Of a stretch of DNA of 30,951 nt, positions 17,273 through 27,800 are shown piece after piece. The stretch comes from a virus (lineage: Duplodnaviria; Caudoviricetes). The stretch's first letter is position 1, and the number at the start of each line of letters is the position of its first letter. Both the position numbers and the translations under genes were made by a program. The DNA lies in the IMG/VR virus record IMGVR_UViG_3300025018_000407, positions 1 through 30,951 of that record. One strand, written 5' to 3'. The notes under the pieces were generated by a model. That model saw only the letters and a list, made by a program, of their open reading frames with translations. It was not told where the DNA came from and did not search any database.

Positions 17273-17719
17273 ATGACCGCTTACATCAATGAAAGAGTAT
17301 TAACAGTGGTGGACACATTCTTAGACACTAATTTTACTACTTGTGAAATTGAATTTAAAAATGTGGATTTAGATACTAAGAATTTAACTAAGTATATTTC
17401 TGTTTCGTATGTGCCCATTACGGAAGAACAATCCGTAATTCGTGTATCGAATCCGAAAGACAACGCCGGCGAGCGCAGGCAATATTTTCTGCAAATAATA
17501 ATTAACACGGAAAAAGGAAAAGGTGGTGGTGAAAATGCTCGGATAGCGGACGCACTAACAACACTATTAAATAATGTAACGTTGTCAACGGCAAATCCAA
17601 ATGAAAAAATAGAATTTGGGATTGTGTCTTCACCGTCACCGATTGGCGTCAATGATAAAAAATGGTATAGCGAAATTGTTAGAGTAAAATTCTGGATTCA
17701 GATTTCAAATACAAACTAA
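17273..17719 (+). CDS. Tail terminator protein
   Basis: 148 aa just before the tail tube; LQIIINTEKGKG...IADAL pattern. Confidence 0.75.
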   Translation: MTAYINERVLTVVDTFLDTNFTTCEIEFKNVDLDTKNLTKYISVSYVPITEEQSVIRVSNPKDNAGERRQYFLQIIINTEKGKGGGENARIADALTTLLNNVTLSTANPNEKIEFGIVSSPSPIGVNDKKWYSEIVRVKFWIQISNTN

Positions 17720-17733
17720 TAAGGAGAAGTAAA

Positions 17734-19191
17734 ATGGTTCAGGCAAAAGGTTCATCCGCAAAACTAATATTCGATTACGGCGATACTGATTATGGGAATG
17801 TGATTGCAGAAGGTTCAAGACGCCCAAAAGTATTAGCATTTAATACGTTTAATGTTTCAAAAAATCGGTCATTAAATCAAGCGCAAACCATTCGCGGTAA
17901 CCGTAATCCTATTGTTCCTTTTTATGGCAACGCGGATGTAAGCGGTCAAATTGTAGTCCCTGTTTCTGAAATTGATTTCGGCTATTGGTTGTCTTTATTA
18001 TTTGGCAAACCTGCAACGTCACAAAACGCGGAAAGTGCAGACCGAAAAGTCGGATTGCCCACTATTGCTGTAACGGCTGGAGTTGCTACTTTATCCGTTG
18101 CACAAGTAGAAGGTACTAATATTGACATTGGTGATAAACTTATTAGCGCATCCGCAACTGTTTACGTACAGTCTATTACCTCCACAACCGTCTATGTAAT
18201 TCGTGATATTAACGGGGATATTCCTGCTGATTTTGTTGCGGAAACATTAACCTCAATTACTACAGAATCGTTTAATCACGTTTTTAAGATTCACCCAACG
18301 AATGCCATTGCACACGGTGTAACCGAATTATCATTGGTAGATATTAGTCCGTTATTACAATATTATTTATTTTCAGGACTAAAAGCGAACCGTATGGCAA
18401 TCGGTTTCACCGGAGAAGCGGAAGAATTATTAGCCACTTTCGATGTGGTGGGAAAAGATATGCTGGAAAGTGAAAATGTAAGTGCGGGAGGTAATGTTAC
18501 AATTACTGCCGGCACTGCTGAATTTACAATTGCTCAGCCGAATGTTGCGGTTGGTGATATGTTAATTTACGGCACGGCTAATGATATTGCTTATATTACC
18601 GTTAAAACTGACAGCGATACCATGACCGTAAAAACTACACGAGCAGGATCAACCAATCCTGCAAATACAGCAGGGGCGGTAGCGGTTGGCGCGATCATCC
18701 AAAATGGCAATTATGCGGGGCATGGTAGTGATGAAATATTTACCCCCCGTTTTATTCGATTCGAAAATAAACATGCAACATTAACAGAAGGAGGCGGAGT
18801 AGCCAGTAATTTAAAACAAGTTAATTTAAACATTGATAATCAATTAGATACGACTTCCTTCGTCATTGCCGGAGGAGGTTTACGTTACCAATTACCGGAA
18901 GGCATCGCTAATGTATCCGGTAATATTGTAGCAATATTTGAAAACAACATTATCGCTTTAAAAGCAAGTAATGAAACCAAATCCGAAATGACGTTGACAC
19001 TTACAATAGATGCGGATGAAAAATGCGTTTTTGATATGCAGGAATTACGGTACTCGGAAAAAACGCCTGCAATTGACGGACCCGCCGGCATTGAATTAAA
19101 TCTTGATTTTGAAGCTTACTATGAGAATGAAACAAATGCCAGCGCGGTGCAAATTACATTAACTAATTTACACCCTAGTTATGCTAACTAA
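17734..19191 (+). CDS. Major tail tube protein with two inserted beta-domains
   Basis: QAKGS start, TIRGNRNP, VSGQIVVP, LNIDNQL, VSGNIVAIF, PAIDGPAGI motifs; followed by chaperones and tape measure. Confidence 0.9.
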   Translation: MVQAKGSSAKLIFDYGDTDYGNVIAEGSRRPKVLAFNTFNVSKNRSLNQAQTIRGNRNPIVPFYGNADVSGQIVVPVSEIDFGYWLSLLFGKPATSQNAESADRKVGLPTIAVTAGVATLSVAQVEGTNIDIGDKLISASATVYVQSITSTTVYVIRDINGDIPADFVAETLTSITTESFNHVFKIHPTNAIAHGVTELSLVDISPLLQYYLFSGLKANRMAIGFTGEAEELLATFDVVGKDMLESENVSAGGNVTITAGTAEFTIAQPNVAVGDMLIYGTANDIAYITVKTDSDTMTVKTTRAGSTNPANTAGAVAVGAIIQNGNYAGHGSDEIFTPRFIRFENKHATLTEGGGVASNLKQVNLNIDNQLDTTSFVIAGGGLRYQLPEGIANVSGNIVAIFENNIIALKASNETKSEMTLTLTIDADEKCVFDMQELRYSEKTPAIDGPAGIELNLDFEAYYENETNASAVQITLTNLHPSYAN

Positions 19192-19243
19192 GTAATAATT
19201 AGTTTATTCATTTTACAAATTGAAATTTGAAAGGGTATTTAAA

Positions 19244-19720
19244 ATGTCAAGTTTTTTACAATTATCACTTGAAAAAAATGAAATTCATACTATCACGAAT
19301 GAAAACCGGATTATCAAACAATCCAAGTTTGGTGATTTCAGTTTCTTTGTGGAATACAAAGATTTATCACGCAGTAAAACCAATGCCATCCGAAATAAAC
19401 ATACCAAGCGCATTAAAAATGCTCATGGAAAAATAGAAGAAAAAACAGACGAAACCGCAGTAGAAAATGATTTGTTTGTTGAAAAAATCGTAAATTGGAA
19501 TATCAAAGATTCATCCGGTATTGATATTCCTTGCACGGACGAAAACAAATTATTTATTTCAGAACATCACAAAGCATTTGCCAATTTAATCTTATTGGTC
19601 ATCGTCAATGAAGAAACCGGAGCCTTTAATAATATGCTGGATGATGACGATAATGAAAAATCAATAGAAGATTTACAAGAAGATATAAAAGAAAATGCGG
19701 ATGAAGAAATAAAAAACTAA
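19244..19720 (+). CDS. Tail assembly chaperone (lambda gpG analogue)
   Basis: IVNWNIKD...IPCTDENK motif; GAAAGGG favours ATG 19244; ends in a slippery site. Confidence 0.85.
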   Translation: MSSFLQLSLEKNEIHTITNENRIIKQSKFGDFSFFVEYKDLSRSKTNAIRNKHTKRIKNAHGKIEEKTDETAVENDLFVEKIVNWNIKDSSGIDIPCTDENKLFISEHHKAFANLILLVIVNEETGAFNNMLDDDDNEKSIEDLQEDIKENADEEIKN

Positions 19721-19760
19721 AATTAGTTTGGGGATGGTATATGAGTTCTTCTCCGAACTA
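19711..19760 (+). other. Programmed -1 ribosomal frameshift signal
   Basis: A-AAA-AAC at 19711-19717, 6-nt spacer, 11-bp stem 19724-34/19750-60 (two G-U); the -1 frame is open into 19741-20040. Confidence 0.88.
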
Positions 19761-20040
19761 TTGTGAAAAAACATGCAGACCGTATTTTAAAAAATTAGAT
19801 CAATTAACACCATGCAACGGGTGTCAGCATGAAAAGCCTGAAATTTTTAGCAGTAATCAAATTGCTTTGGATACGTTCTTGGATTGGTATTCTGTTCGCA
19901 GTGACTTTGGTGTATTCGATTTTCGTTTCATTTTGGATATATTAAAATTGGAAGGTTTAAATCAAAATGAAATTATGGATACCATGAAACGTTTATTAAT
20001 ATTAGATAAATACTTTCGTGAAAAATTGGATAAAAAATAA
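19717..20040 (+). CDS. Tail assembly chaperone frameshift extension (gpT analogue), Cys-rich
   Basis: -1 frame reads LKLVWGWYMSSSPNYCEKTC...CNGC; TAATG coupling to the tape measure gene. Confidence 0.82.
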   Translation, partial: LKLVWGWYMSSSPNYCEKTCRPYFKKLDQLTPCNGCQHEKPEIFSSNQIALDTFLDWYSVRSDFGVFDFRFILDILKLEGLNQNEIMDTMKRLLILDKYFREKLDKK

Positions 20041-22991
20041 TGCCTGGCGAATTAAAACCTCTCAATTTAGAATTTGGTGTAGACGATAATGGCTCCTTGA
20101 AATTAACTAAGATTGAAGGAACCCTCGCCAAAGTAGGCAATCGCTTAGACAGCGTATCTAAAAAAACATCCGCTTACGATGGTATTTTAACACGCTGGAA
20201 ACAATCTCTACGTTCAATTACTTCTGTTCTTTTTTCCGTGCAATCTGCAATCGTAGCCGTAGTCGGAGCATTAGCACTTAAAAAAGGCATTCAAGAATTT
20301 GCCTCTTTTGAATCGGGGGTTGTATCGCTTGGCAGAGTAACGGATAGAACATTTGCAGAAATTCAAAATGACATTCTTAGTTTAAATAGCACATTGGGTT
20401 CACCGTCTGAATTAGTAGCAGGCTATTATAATGCGATTTCATCGGGAGCCACCGATACTAAAAGTGCGTTGGATTTAGTTACCGCTTCCGCAAAAGCCAG
20501 TACTATATCCGGCATAGATCAAGGGCAAACGTTAAAAGGTCTTGCGCAACTAATGACCGCTTATAACGGGGAAATTAAATCCGCTACACAGTCCGCCGAC
20601 TTATTATTTGCAATCGAAAAAGAAGGCATTACTACTTTTGCAGAAATCATACCGCACATCGGTTCCGCCGCCGCCGCTTCTAAATTATTAAATATTAGTT
20701 CCACTGAATTAGCCGGAGCCATATCGTTAATTACACAGACTGCGGGTGAAACATCTAAAGCATTTACGCAATATCGTGGAATTGTTACAGGACTGATAAA
20801 ACCGTCTGAGAGTTTGTTAAAAATATTTGAAGAATTAAACGTTGCTAACGGTGAACAACTTATATCACAATTAGGCTTAGTAGGTGGATTGAAGGCAATT
20901 ATATCCAAAACAGATGGCTCTACTATAGCACTTGGTAAGTTGTTTGAATCCAGTGAAGCCATTAGAGGTGTTGTAAGTTTAATGGTAAATGATTTTGATA
21001 AATTATCTACCAAAATAAAATCAATTGAAGAAAATACTAAAGGTCTGGATGAATTTTGGAAAGATTTTTTAGCATCATTAGAAGGAAAATGGAATACTCT
21101 AACGAATACCATTAGTAAAATCATTATAGTTTTAGTTAAAATTGGTGATATTCAATTTAAGAATTTAGTAGACACAATTCAATCATTAGCGGATAGCACT
21201 CTAGTTTGGCTGCAAGAAAATGAAAAAATTATCAAAGCGAATTTAGATAAGACAATAAGGTTTATTGGTGATTCTGCAAAATGGCTTTATGAAAACTTTA
21301 ATTTATTTATAACGGGAGTCAAAGCGTTTATTGCTTATAATCTGCCTGGTATTATTGCTTCTCTGCCTGGATTATTTACATTAGCCACAACAGCGGCGAA
21401 ATCACTTTCAGCGATATTATTTGGTTTGGTTTTACGAAATCCGTTTGGATTATTATTAGCGGGTCTTGTAATATTTATTGATTACGTTCGGCAACATGAA
21501 AAAGACTTTGAACCGTTAATCCGTTTCTGGATTGAATTTAAATCGGTTGCTTTGCAGGCGTTTGAAACAGTAAAACTTGGATTGAAAAGTATTTATATTA
21601 CAGGTAAATTCTGGTTTGAATTATTATTCAATTATATTTCAAAAAGTATAAAAGATGCCTCAAAAGAAGTCAATTTTTTAATTGATAATTTTAATATAGC
21701 CGCTTCATTAAGTGCAGGAAAATTAAAACAAATTCCAAGATTAGAATTAAACATTGGTGATTTTCCTGAACCAAACTTAGAAAAATCTTTAACAAAAGCA
21801 CTAAATGATTCTAATCAAAACCTGCAAGATATAATTAAGAATACACTTGCAGAGCAAGACGCTTTAACCGATAGATTATTAAACGGAACTAAGAATAATT
21901 TGGAAAGCGTATTTTCTGATTTTACAATTCCAACTAATAATTGGGATGCAGTCTTAGACAGATTTACAACTATGTTTAATGAAATAAATGAAAAGGCAAC
22001 GGATACCGTTGCAAAAACAGCACAAACAGCATTGACCGGATTTACAAAAGAAGAAATTGAAAAAGCGGAAATGTTTTTAAATAATATATTAGTTAGTTCC
22101 CAAACACCCATGCAACAATTTGAAGCATTGCAATCCGAAATATTTTCAGCGATGGAAAAGACAAATGTATCTGCAAAAGATCAGGCACAAATTATGCAAT
22201 TCTTAGCCGGAGAATATAAAAAAGCATTTCGGGAAATGTTGGAATCATCAAGGGATTTTGAAGCAGGAGCATTGAGAGCATTTTTAAAAATTAAAGAAGC
22301 CGCTACCGATACGGCATTTCAAATTGAAGATGCTATTGTTGGTTCATTTAATGATATTCGCGCTGAATTTATTGATTTATTTTCAGAGGGAAATTTTGAT
22401 TTGAAATCCGTTATTAGTAATTTATATAAACGGCAACTGGGTGTATTTTTTGACCGGCAAATTGCCGCTCCGGTAGCAAGTCTAGCCGCTTCTAATTCAA
22501 GTTTAGTTGGTGGAGGTGGAGGATTTTTTAATATATTGAAAAGTATTTTCCCGTTTGACACCGGTGGCATTATAAAAAAGAAAATTCAAAAGTTTGACAG
22601 TGGAGGCATTATAAACAATTACACTACTAATGAAATTCAAAAGTTTGACACCGGTGGCATTATAAAAAAGAAAATTCAAAAGTTTGACAGTGGAGGTTTC
22701 ATGTCAACCGGATTATCCGGTATTATAAAACAACCTACGCTTATTAGTTTAGTTGACGGGATTAACTCAAGCAGAGGAGAAGCGGTGGTTCCATTGCCGG
22801 ACGGAAAATCAATTCCGGTTAAAAATATGGATGCAAAAACGAATAATCAATCATTGCAGACAATTACAAATAATTATTTTAATAATCGTGTGACCGTGAT
22901 TGCCGATGACCCGAAAACGTATGCGGATATTACAGACAAACAGCAAAAAAATACATTTCGTTTATATCAAAGACAATTATTAAATGCATAA
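20040..22991 (+). CDS. Tape measure protein (TP901-type core)
   Basis: 983 aa, helical, Ala/Leu-rich; EKEGITTFAEI core, central hydrophobic stretch, C-terminal FDxGG and GEAVVPLPDG motifs. Confidence 0.95.
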   Translation: MPGELKPLNLEFGVDDNGSLKLTKIEGTLAKVGNRLDSVSKKTSAYDGILTRWKQSLRSITSVLFSVQSAIVAVVGALALKKGIQEFASFESGVVSLGRVTDRTFAEIQNDILSLNSTLGSPSELVAGYYNAISSGATDTKSALDLVTASAKASTISGIDQGQTLKGLAQLMTAYNGEIKSATQSADLLFAIEKEGITTFAEIIPHIGSAAAASKLLNISSTELAGAISLITQTAGETSKAFTQYRGIVTGLIKPSESLLKIFEELNVANGEQLISQLGLVGGLKAIISKTDGSTIALGKLFESSEAIRGVVSLMVNDFDKLSTKIKSIEENTKGLDEFWKDFLASLEGKWNTLTNTISKIIIVLVKIGDIQFKNLVDTIQSLADSTLVWLQENEKIIKANLDKTIRFIGDSAKWLYENFNLFITGVKAFIAYNLPGIIASLPGLFTLATTAAKSLSAILFGLVLRNPFGLLLAGLVIFIDYVRQHEKDFEPLIRFWIEFKSVALQAFETVKLGLKSIYITGKFWFELLFNYISKSIKDASKEVNFLIDNFNIAASLSAGKLKQIPRLELNIGDFPEPNLEKSLTKALNDSNQNLQDIIKNTLAEQDALTDRLLNGTKNNLESVFSDFTIPTNNWDAVLDRFTTMFNEINEKATDTVAKTAQTALTGFTKEEIEKAEMFLNNILVSSQTPMQQFEALQSEIFSAMEKTNVSAKDQAQIMQFLAGEYKKAFREMLESSRDFEAGALRAFLKIKEAATDTAFQIEDAIVGSFNDIRAEFIDLFSEGNFDLKSVISNLYKRQLGVFFDRQIAAPVASLAASNSSLVGGGGGFFNILKSIFPFDTGGIIKKKIQKFDSGGIINNYTTNEIQKFDTGGIIKKKIQKFDSGGFMSTGLSGIIKQPTLISLVDGINSSRGEAVVPLPDGKSIPVKNMDAKTNNQSLQTITNNYFNNRVTVIADDPKTYADITDKQQKNTFRLYQRQLLNA
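22553..22696 (+). repeat. Exact 54-bp direct repeat (90-bp period) in the tape measure 3' end
   Basis: 22553-22606 identical to 22643-22696; encodes FDTGGIIKKKIQKFDSGG twice. Confidence 0.95.
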
Positions 22992-23007
22992 TCATTAAGG
23001 AAATATT

Positions 23008-23898
23008 ATGTCAATCATTACCGGATTCCATGAAGAACTTTTCCCTACCGATATTTCTTTCGGGTCAACTTGTATTTCTCATTTGCAAACAACTAAGAAT
23101 AAAACTAAAAGTGGTTTCAGGTCTGTAAACATTGATTGGGATGAATTCTCAGACAAATTTGATGTGTCGTATGGTGTCAAAACATTAACACAAGCACAAG
23201 CACTACGTGATTTTTTTCATGCCAGAAAGACTAATGCTTTCGGATTTCGATTCTTGGATTGGTTTGATTATTCTGCAAGCGATTCATTCATAGCACAAGC
23301 AACCGGTCTGGCTCCATCAACCTATCAACTAAGAAAGTTATATTACAATACCGGAGCAAATATAGTTAGTACGGTGATTGAAGTTAGCGGGGCGAATACA
23401 TTACATACCACCGACGGCTCCTCCTTATTTGAAAATATGCTGGAAGATATGAAAATATATGTTCGTGGTTTTACAACGGCACATAATAATAACTTATTAA
23501 CTGTAGTAAGTGTATCTCCAGATGGTGCAACGTTGACGGTATTGGAAACAATAGTAATAGAAGCCGCCGGAAATACCATTACGATTTCGCAAGCGGTTGA
23601 TACTAAGAATGTTTTTAAACCCGTTCACGGCGGTTTATTTACACCTCTTTCGCAAGCGGTAGTAATTAAGGTAGATGGTTCAACTCATAATAATTGGACG
23701 CTTAATTATAAGAATGGTCAATTCATTTTTGATGCTTCTGTGCCTGCTCAATATGCGCATATTACCGCTTCCTTTGAATTTCATAAGGCGGTTGCTTTTG
23801 AATCCAATGAACTGGGATGCCGGTTTGACAGTGACCGAATCTTAAGCGTTGAGAATATTATTTTGGAAGAATTAAATTTATCGGAGTTATTAGTATGA
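23008..23898 (+). CDS. Distal tail protein, GTA-like DUF2460/TIGR02217 family, with insertion
   Basis: FHEELFPTDISFGS, FFHARK...GFRFLDWFDY, ITASFEF motifs. Confidence 0.9.
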   Translation: MSIITGFHEELFPTDISFGSTCISHLQTTKNKTKSGFRSVNIDWDEFSDKFDVSYGVKTLTQAQALRDFFHARKTNAFGFRFLDWFDYSASDSFIAQATGLAPSTYQLRKLYYNTGANIVSTVIEVSGANTLHTTDGSSLFENMLEDMKIYVRGFTTAHNNNLLTVVSVSPDGATLTVLETIVIEAAGNTITISQAVDTKNVFKPVHGGLFTPLSQAVVIKVDGSTHNNWTLNYKNGQFIFDASVPAQYAHITASFEFHKAVAFESNELGCRFDSDRILSVENIILEELNLSELLV

Positions 23899-24761
23899 GG
23901 ACAATTAACGCAACCAGACAACTAAGATTAAATAGAGCGGTAACAACCGAAGCGCTCTGTATATTGATTACATTGCAGAATACTACGGTTATTGCGTTGA
24001 CCGATCATAATAAAAAAATTACGAATAACGGTATTGATTATTTGCCGGAGGAAAGTTTTTTTCCTTCTAAAATTGAGGGTAGTAATTCTATGCAGGATAA
24101 TTCTAAAATGGATTTTGCGGGGATTATTTCTACCGTTATTACTAAGTTGGATTTACATAGTGGTGTTTGGGATGGAGCGCAAATTAAGATTTTGTATATT
24201 GATTATATGCGTCCGGATTTAACGGCTATTATAATTAAACAAGGAAAAATCGGTAAAGTCAGTGTATCAGATTCCGGTTTTACTTGTGAATTTTTAGGAT
24301 TAAAAGATTATTTTCGTCAAAAAATAGGAAGAAATTTAATACCCTCTTGTGATGCACAATTTGGAGATTCGCGTTGTGGAAAAGATTTGACCGAATTAAA
24401 TAATAAACAGACAGGCACGGTATTATCATCCGTAACTAATATTACAATTGTAAGCAATGATATTGCCACAACTACGCATACTTCAACGAATGAAAACAAC
24501 AATTTTTATAATTTTGGCTGGATTCAATGGACAAGCGGAAATAATAACGGGAGAATATCCAATATTAAATTACATACATTCGCAACCGGAGAGCATACAT
24601 TTACATTTTTTCTACCTACGAATTTTAACATTCAAAATGGGGATTCGTTTGATATTGTTTCCGGTTGTGATAAAGCGTGGTCAACTTGCAGAGAACGGCA
24701 TAGTAATAACCGTTTTACGGGTTTTCCTTATTTGCCTGGTAATACTTTGTATTCTAATTAA
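23895..24761 (+). CDS. Baseplate hub protein, DUF2163/TIGR02218 (BR0599) family, four-Cys Fe-S-type motif
   Basis: LTDHN, CDAQFGDSRC, WTSGNNNG, GCDKAWSTC...FTGFPYLPG. Confidence 0.92.
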   Translation: MRTINATRQLRLNRAVTTEALCILITLQNTTVIALTDHNKKITNNGIDYLPEESFFPSKIEGSNSMQDNSKMDFAGIISTVITKLDLHSGVWDGAQIKILYIDYMRPDLTAIIIKQGKIGKVSVSDSGFTCEFLGLKDYFRQKIGRNLIPSCDAQFGDSRCGKDLTELNNKQTGTVLSSVTNITIVSNDIATTTHTSTNENNNFYNFGWIQWTSGNNNGRISNIKLHTFATGEHTFTFFLPTNFNIQNGDSFDIVSGCDKAWSTCRERHSNNRFTGFPYLPGNTLYSN

Positions 24762-24764
24762 AAG

Positions 24765-24850
24765 TAATTAAGTAATTTTAATTAAATGATAAAAATAAAG
24801 GATAATTTAATTAAGTAATTTTAATTAAATGATAAAAATAAAGGATAATT
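24765..24850 (+). repeat. Perfect 43-bp tandem duplication including the RBS
   Basis: TAATTAAGTAATTTTAATTAAATGATAAAAATAAAGGATAATT at 24765-24807 and 24808-24850. Confidence 0.95.
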
Positions 24851-24852
24851 AA

Positions 24853-27800
24853 ATGGTTTTACCTTTTTTATTAGCTACATTAGGAAGCTTTGCCTTCGGA
24901 CCCGTAGGGTTTGCATTAGGTTCACTTGCAGGCTTAGCCTTGCAAGGAAGACCCAAAACTTACGGGGCTCGTTTGAATGATTTATCTGTTCCAACAACTA
25001 ATTACGGTTCACCAATACCGCAAGGTTATGGCACATTTCCGGTTGTTGGTATTCCGGTTTGGTCTCCTGGTAAAAAAGAAGTAAAAAAATCAAGAACAGT
25101 GGGAGGATTTTTATTTTTTGGCGGAACAGATATATTTAATTATTATTATTTTTACACGGGAACCGAAATATTAACATCGCATGAAATTAACGGTATTGTA
25201 GCCGTTTATATTAACGATAATAAAGTAGCGGATTTTTCCGGAGCGGTTGTAACAACCGCAATGGAACAATCAACAGGTAATTTTTTAAAATATGTGCATT
25301 TTAATTATGGCAGTACCCCCAGCACCGCCTCTCCGACTGCAATCAAAACATTAGGCGGAGGTATTACTAATAAAGATGAAGTTCCTATTTATCCTGGTTG
25401 TGCTTATGTTGATTATGATTTATTTCCTTTGGAACAATTTTCAAACGCTGTGCCAACATTTAAATATATTGTTTCACGCAATGCTAATATTAGTGCTGAT
25501 AGTTGGACGAATGTTCCTGGCATACCCTGGCAGGGTCGTTCGTTATTTGGAGTAGCAAGACTGAAAAAAGAAGTCTATATTATTATGGGATTTTCCAATA
25601 CGGCGGATTTAATGGACGTTTGGAAATCATCCGATTTAATTAATTGGGAACGTGCTCCCAGTGTAGGTAATCCACAACTAGGATGGGATGCTACAATATT
25701 TGCACAACAAATACGGTTTACCAACCTATATAATTTTCGTGCTGTCAATTGGGTAACTAATGAATTATTAGTTTTATTCGCGAATCAAGACCCGATTGAA
25801 TATATAGTATGTTATGGCGGTGAAACAACCAACGGTAAATCTTGGATTCAACATTCAGAAACGGAATTAGGTAGTTTTATTATTGGTATTGCTTTTAACG
25901 GTAAGCGCTGGTTTGATGTTGTGGCATTAAGCCAAACTGCGTTTCCTAAACATTCTTACGGCATGTGCGTAGCGCGAGATTCTTCTATTTCTTCGAGTGA
26001 TATTATTTTATTATATGGCGGCGAGAGTATACCTGGTTACAGTGCAACAATCAACCCACCAGCCGGAGGGCATAACGGGGCTAACGGTGGATTTTATAAA
26101 AATTTATATTACTCAATCAACGGATTATCTTTTGCTGAAATAGCCTCCGATGGAGGAATGGATTATAGAACTAACTGCATATTAGTTGAATTCAAAGGAG
26201 AGGTATACGGTTTTGGTGGACATGTAGAACCTCCTGGAGATAGTAATATATCTAATGTAATTTATAAAAAACAACCTGGTTTTAATGGATTCTTATTGCA
26301 TAGTAATTATTTCAGAAAATTCTTTCCTGTACTATCCGCAAGTTTAGTTACTAATTCCGTGACAATAGAAAATTCAATTGTGAAAAATAATGTATTTGAT
26401 AACATCGGATTATCTGTGGTATTAAGCGGAGCGGATGGGGGTTCATTTACCGTAGCATCTATTGAAGCAGACGGCAGTAATACCAAAATTATTTTAAACG
26501 AAGCATTAACCGGAATTGTTATTACAGAAATTTATATTAATGATGCCCCGTTTAATGGTGCAATATGGACGGGTGGTGTCTGGCGTAATAAATTAGTTGT
26601 GATTATGGCGAACACAAGCGGAGGTTCATCTACTTTAAATGTATTTACCTCAAATGAAGGGCAAGTGTGGACACAAGATGCCGATCTTAGTCCAACTCCG
26701 GTAACGTATGGTTCCGGCAGTTATCCTGAATATTTTAATTTTGATGAAATTATTGCTTTATTAGGCGGTGAAAATTCTTCTCAAGCCGTACATAACGTAG
26801 TGTTACGTTCACAAACTCCCGTAACTGCTGCAAGTACAATTACATTATCTTCTATTGTTTCTGATATTTGGGAAAATCAATTATTGCGTTCCGCCGATTT
26901 ATTAGATGTTTCGGATATTACAACTGTTTTACTGCACGGGGCTCCTAACTATGATAATTCTTCTCCGGCGGATTATTTGGAACAATTATGTATTGCTTTC
27001 GGCATAGATGTAATTGAAACGGATAAAGTATATTTTCGTCAACGTAAAAATGCGGATACCGGAATAACAATCACAACTACTGAATTGGCTACTTATGCAG
27101 AGAATGAACAAATACCGGATATTATTCATTCCATCATTACTAATGATTTAAGTGTTGCGGTAGAAGTCAATGTTAATTATTACAATGTGTCTAATGATTG
27201 GAAAATTGATAGCGCTACCGCCAGAATACAAACTAATAAAATAGACGGCACAATTGAAATAGACAATCAAAATAAATTAGATGTAAATTTGAGTGTGTGC
27301 ATGACGCCGGAACAAGCACGGACGACCGCGCATTTTATATTATGGAATCAATTAGTAAGTCGTAAAAAAATACCTGTTCGATTAGGCATAAATAGAATTG
27401 CACTTGAGGAAGGCGATGTCATTACTTTGCAAACAGATGACGGTAATTTTACGGTGCGATTGGAAGAATTTTCTAATATTTCCAAGAATATTTTTGAATG
27501 GCAAACCAGTTTAGAAAACGTAACCTTGTATACCGTGCCGGATAGTGAGGTAGGTTCTCTGCCTGTCAATAATACACAAGACAGCCCTCTAATTGATTTT
27601 AATCTGAACAGTCAATTTTTGGATATTCCTTCTTTATTTAAAAATGAAAATAATGAATATGGGTTTTTTATTGCTTCTAATTTTTCAAGAGAATCTGAAT
27701 CTAAATTTAATGGTTATGAAGTGTACAGACAAACGGATCCAAATATTAATCATTATGAATTAATTGGTAGTTATAACAATCCTGGTATTATAGGAATTAC

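Noticed and set aside
7947-24771. Alternate-frame plus-strand ORFs 7947-8132, 19227-19436, 24034-24222, 24457-24771
   Set aside because: Nested in conserved genes with no motifs; 24457-24771 shows no NlpC/P60 catalytic pattern
22553-24850. The 54-bp and 43-bp repeats as a CRISPR array or DGR template/variable repeat pair
   Set aside because: Only two copies each, no spacer series, no adenine-specific mismatches, and no cas or reverse transcriptase gene in the window
24853-24950. Hydrophobic N-terminus of the tail-tip protein as a sixth signal peptide
   Set aside because: No basic n-region; a Gly/Ala-rich hydrophobic start is normal for this tail-tip family
8305-27569. All minus-strand ORFs in the track (for example 20561-21124, 17281-17652, 13446-13760)
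   Set aside because: Antisense shadows of well-supported plus-strand genes, with no recognisable motifs
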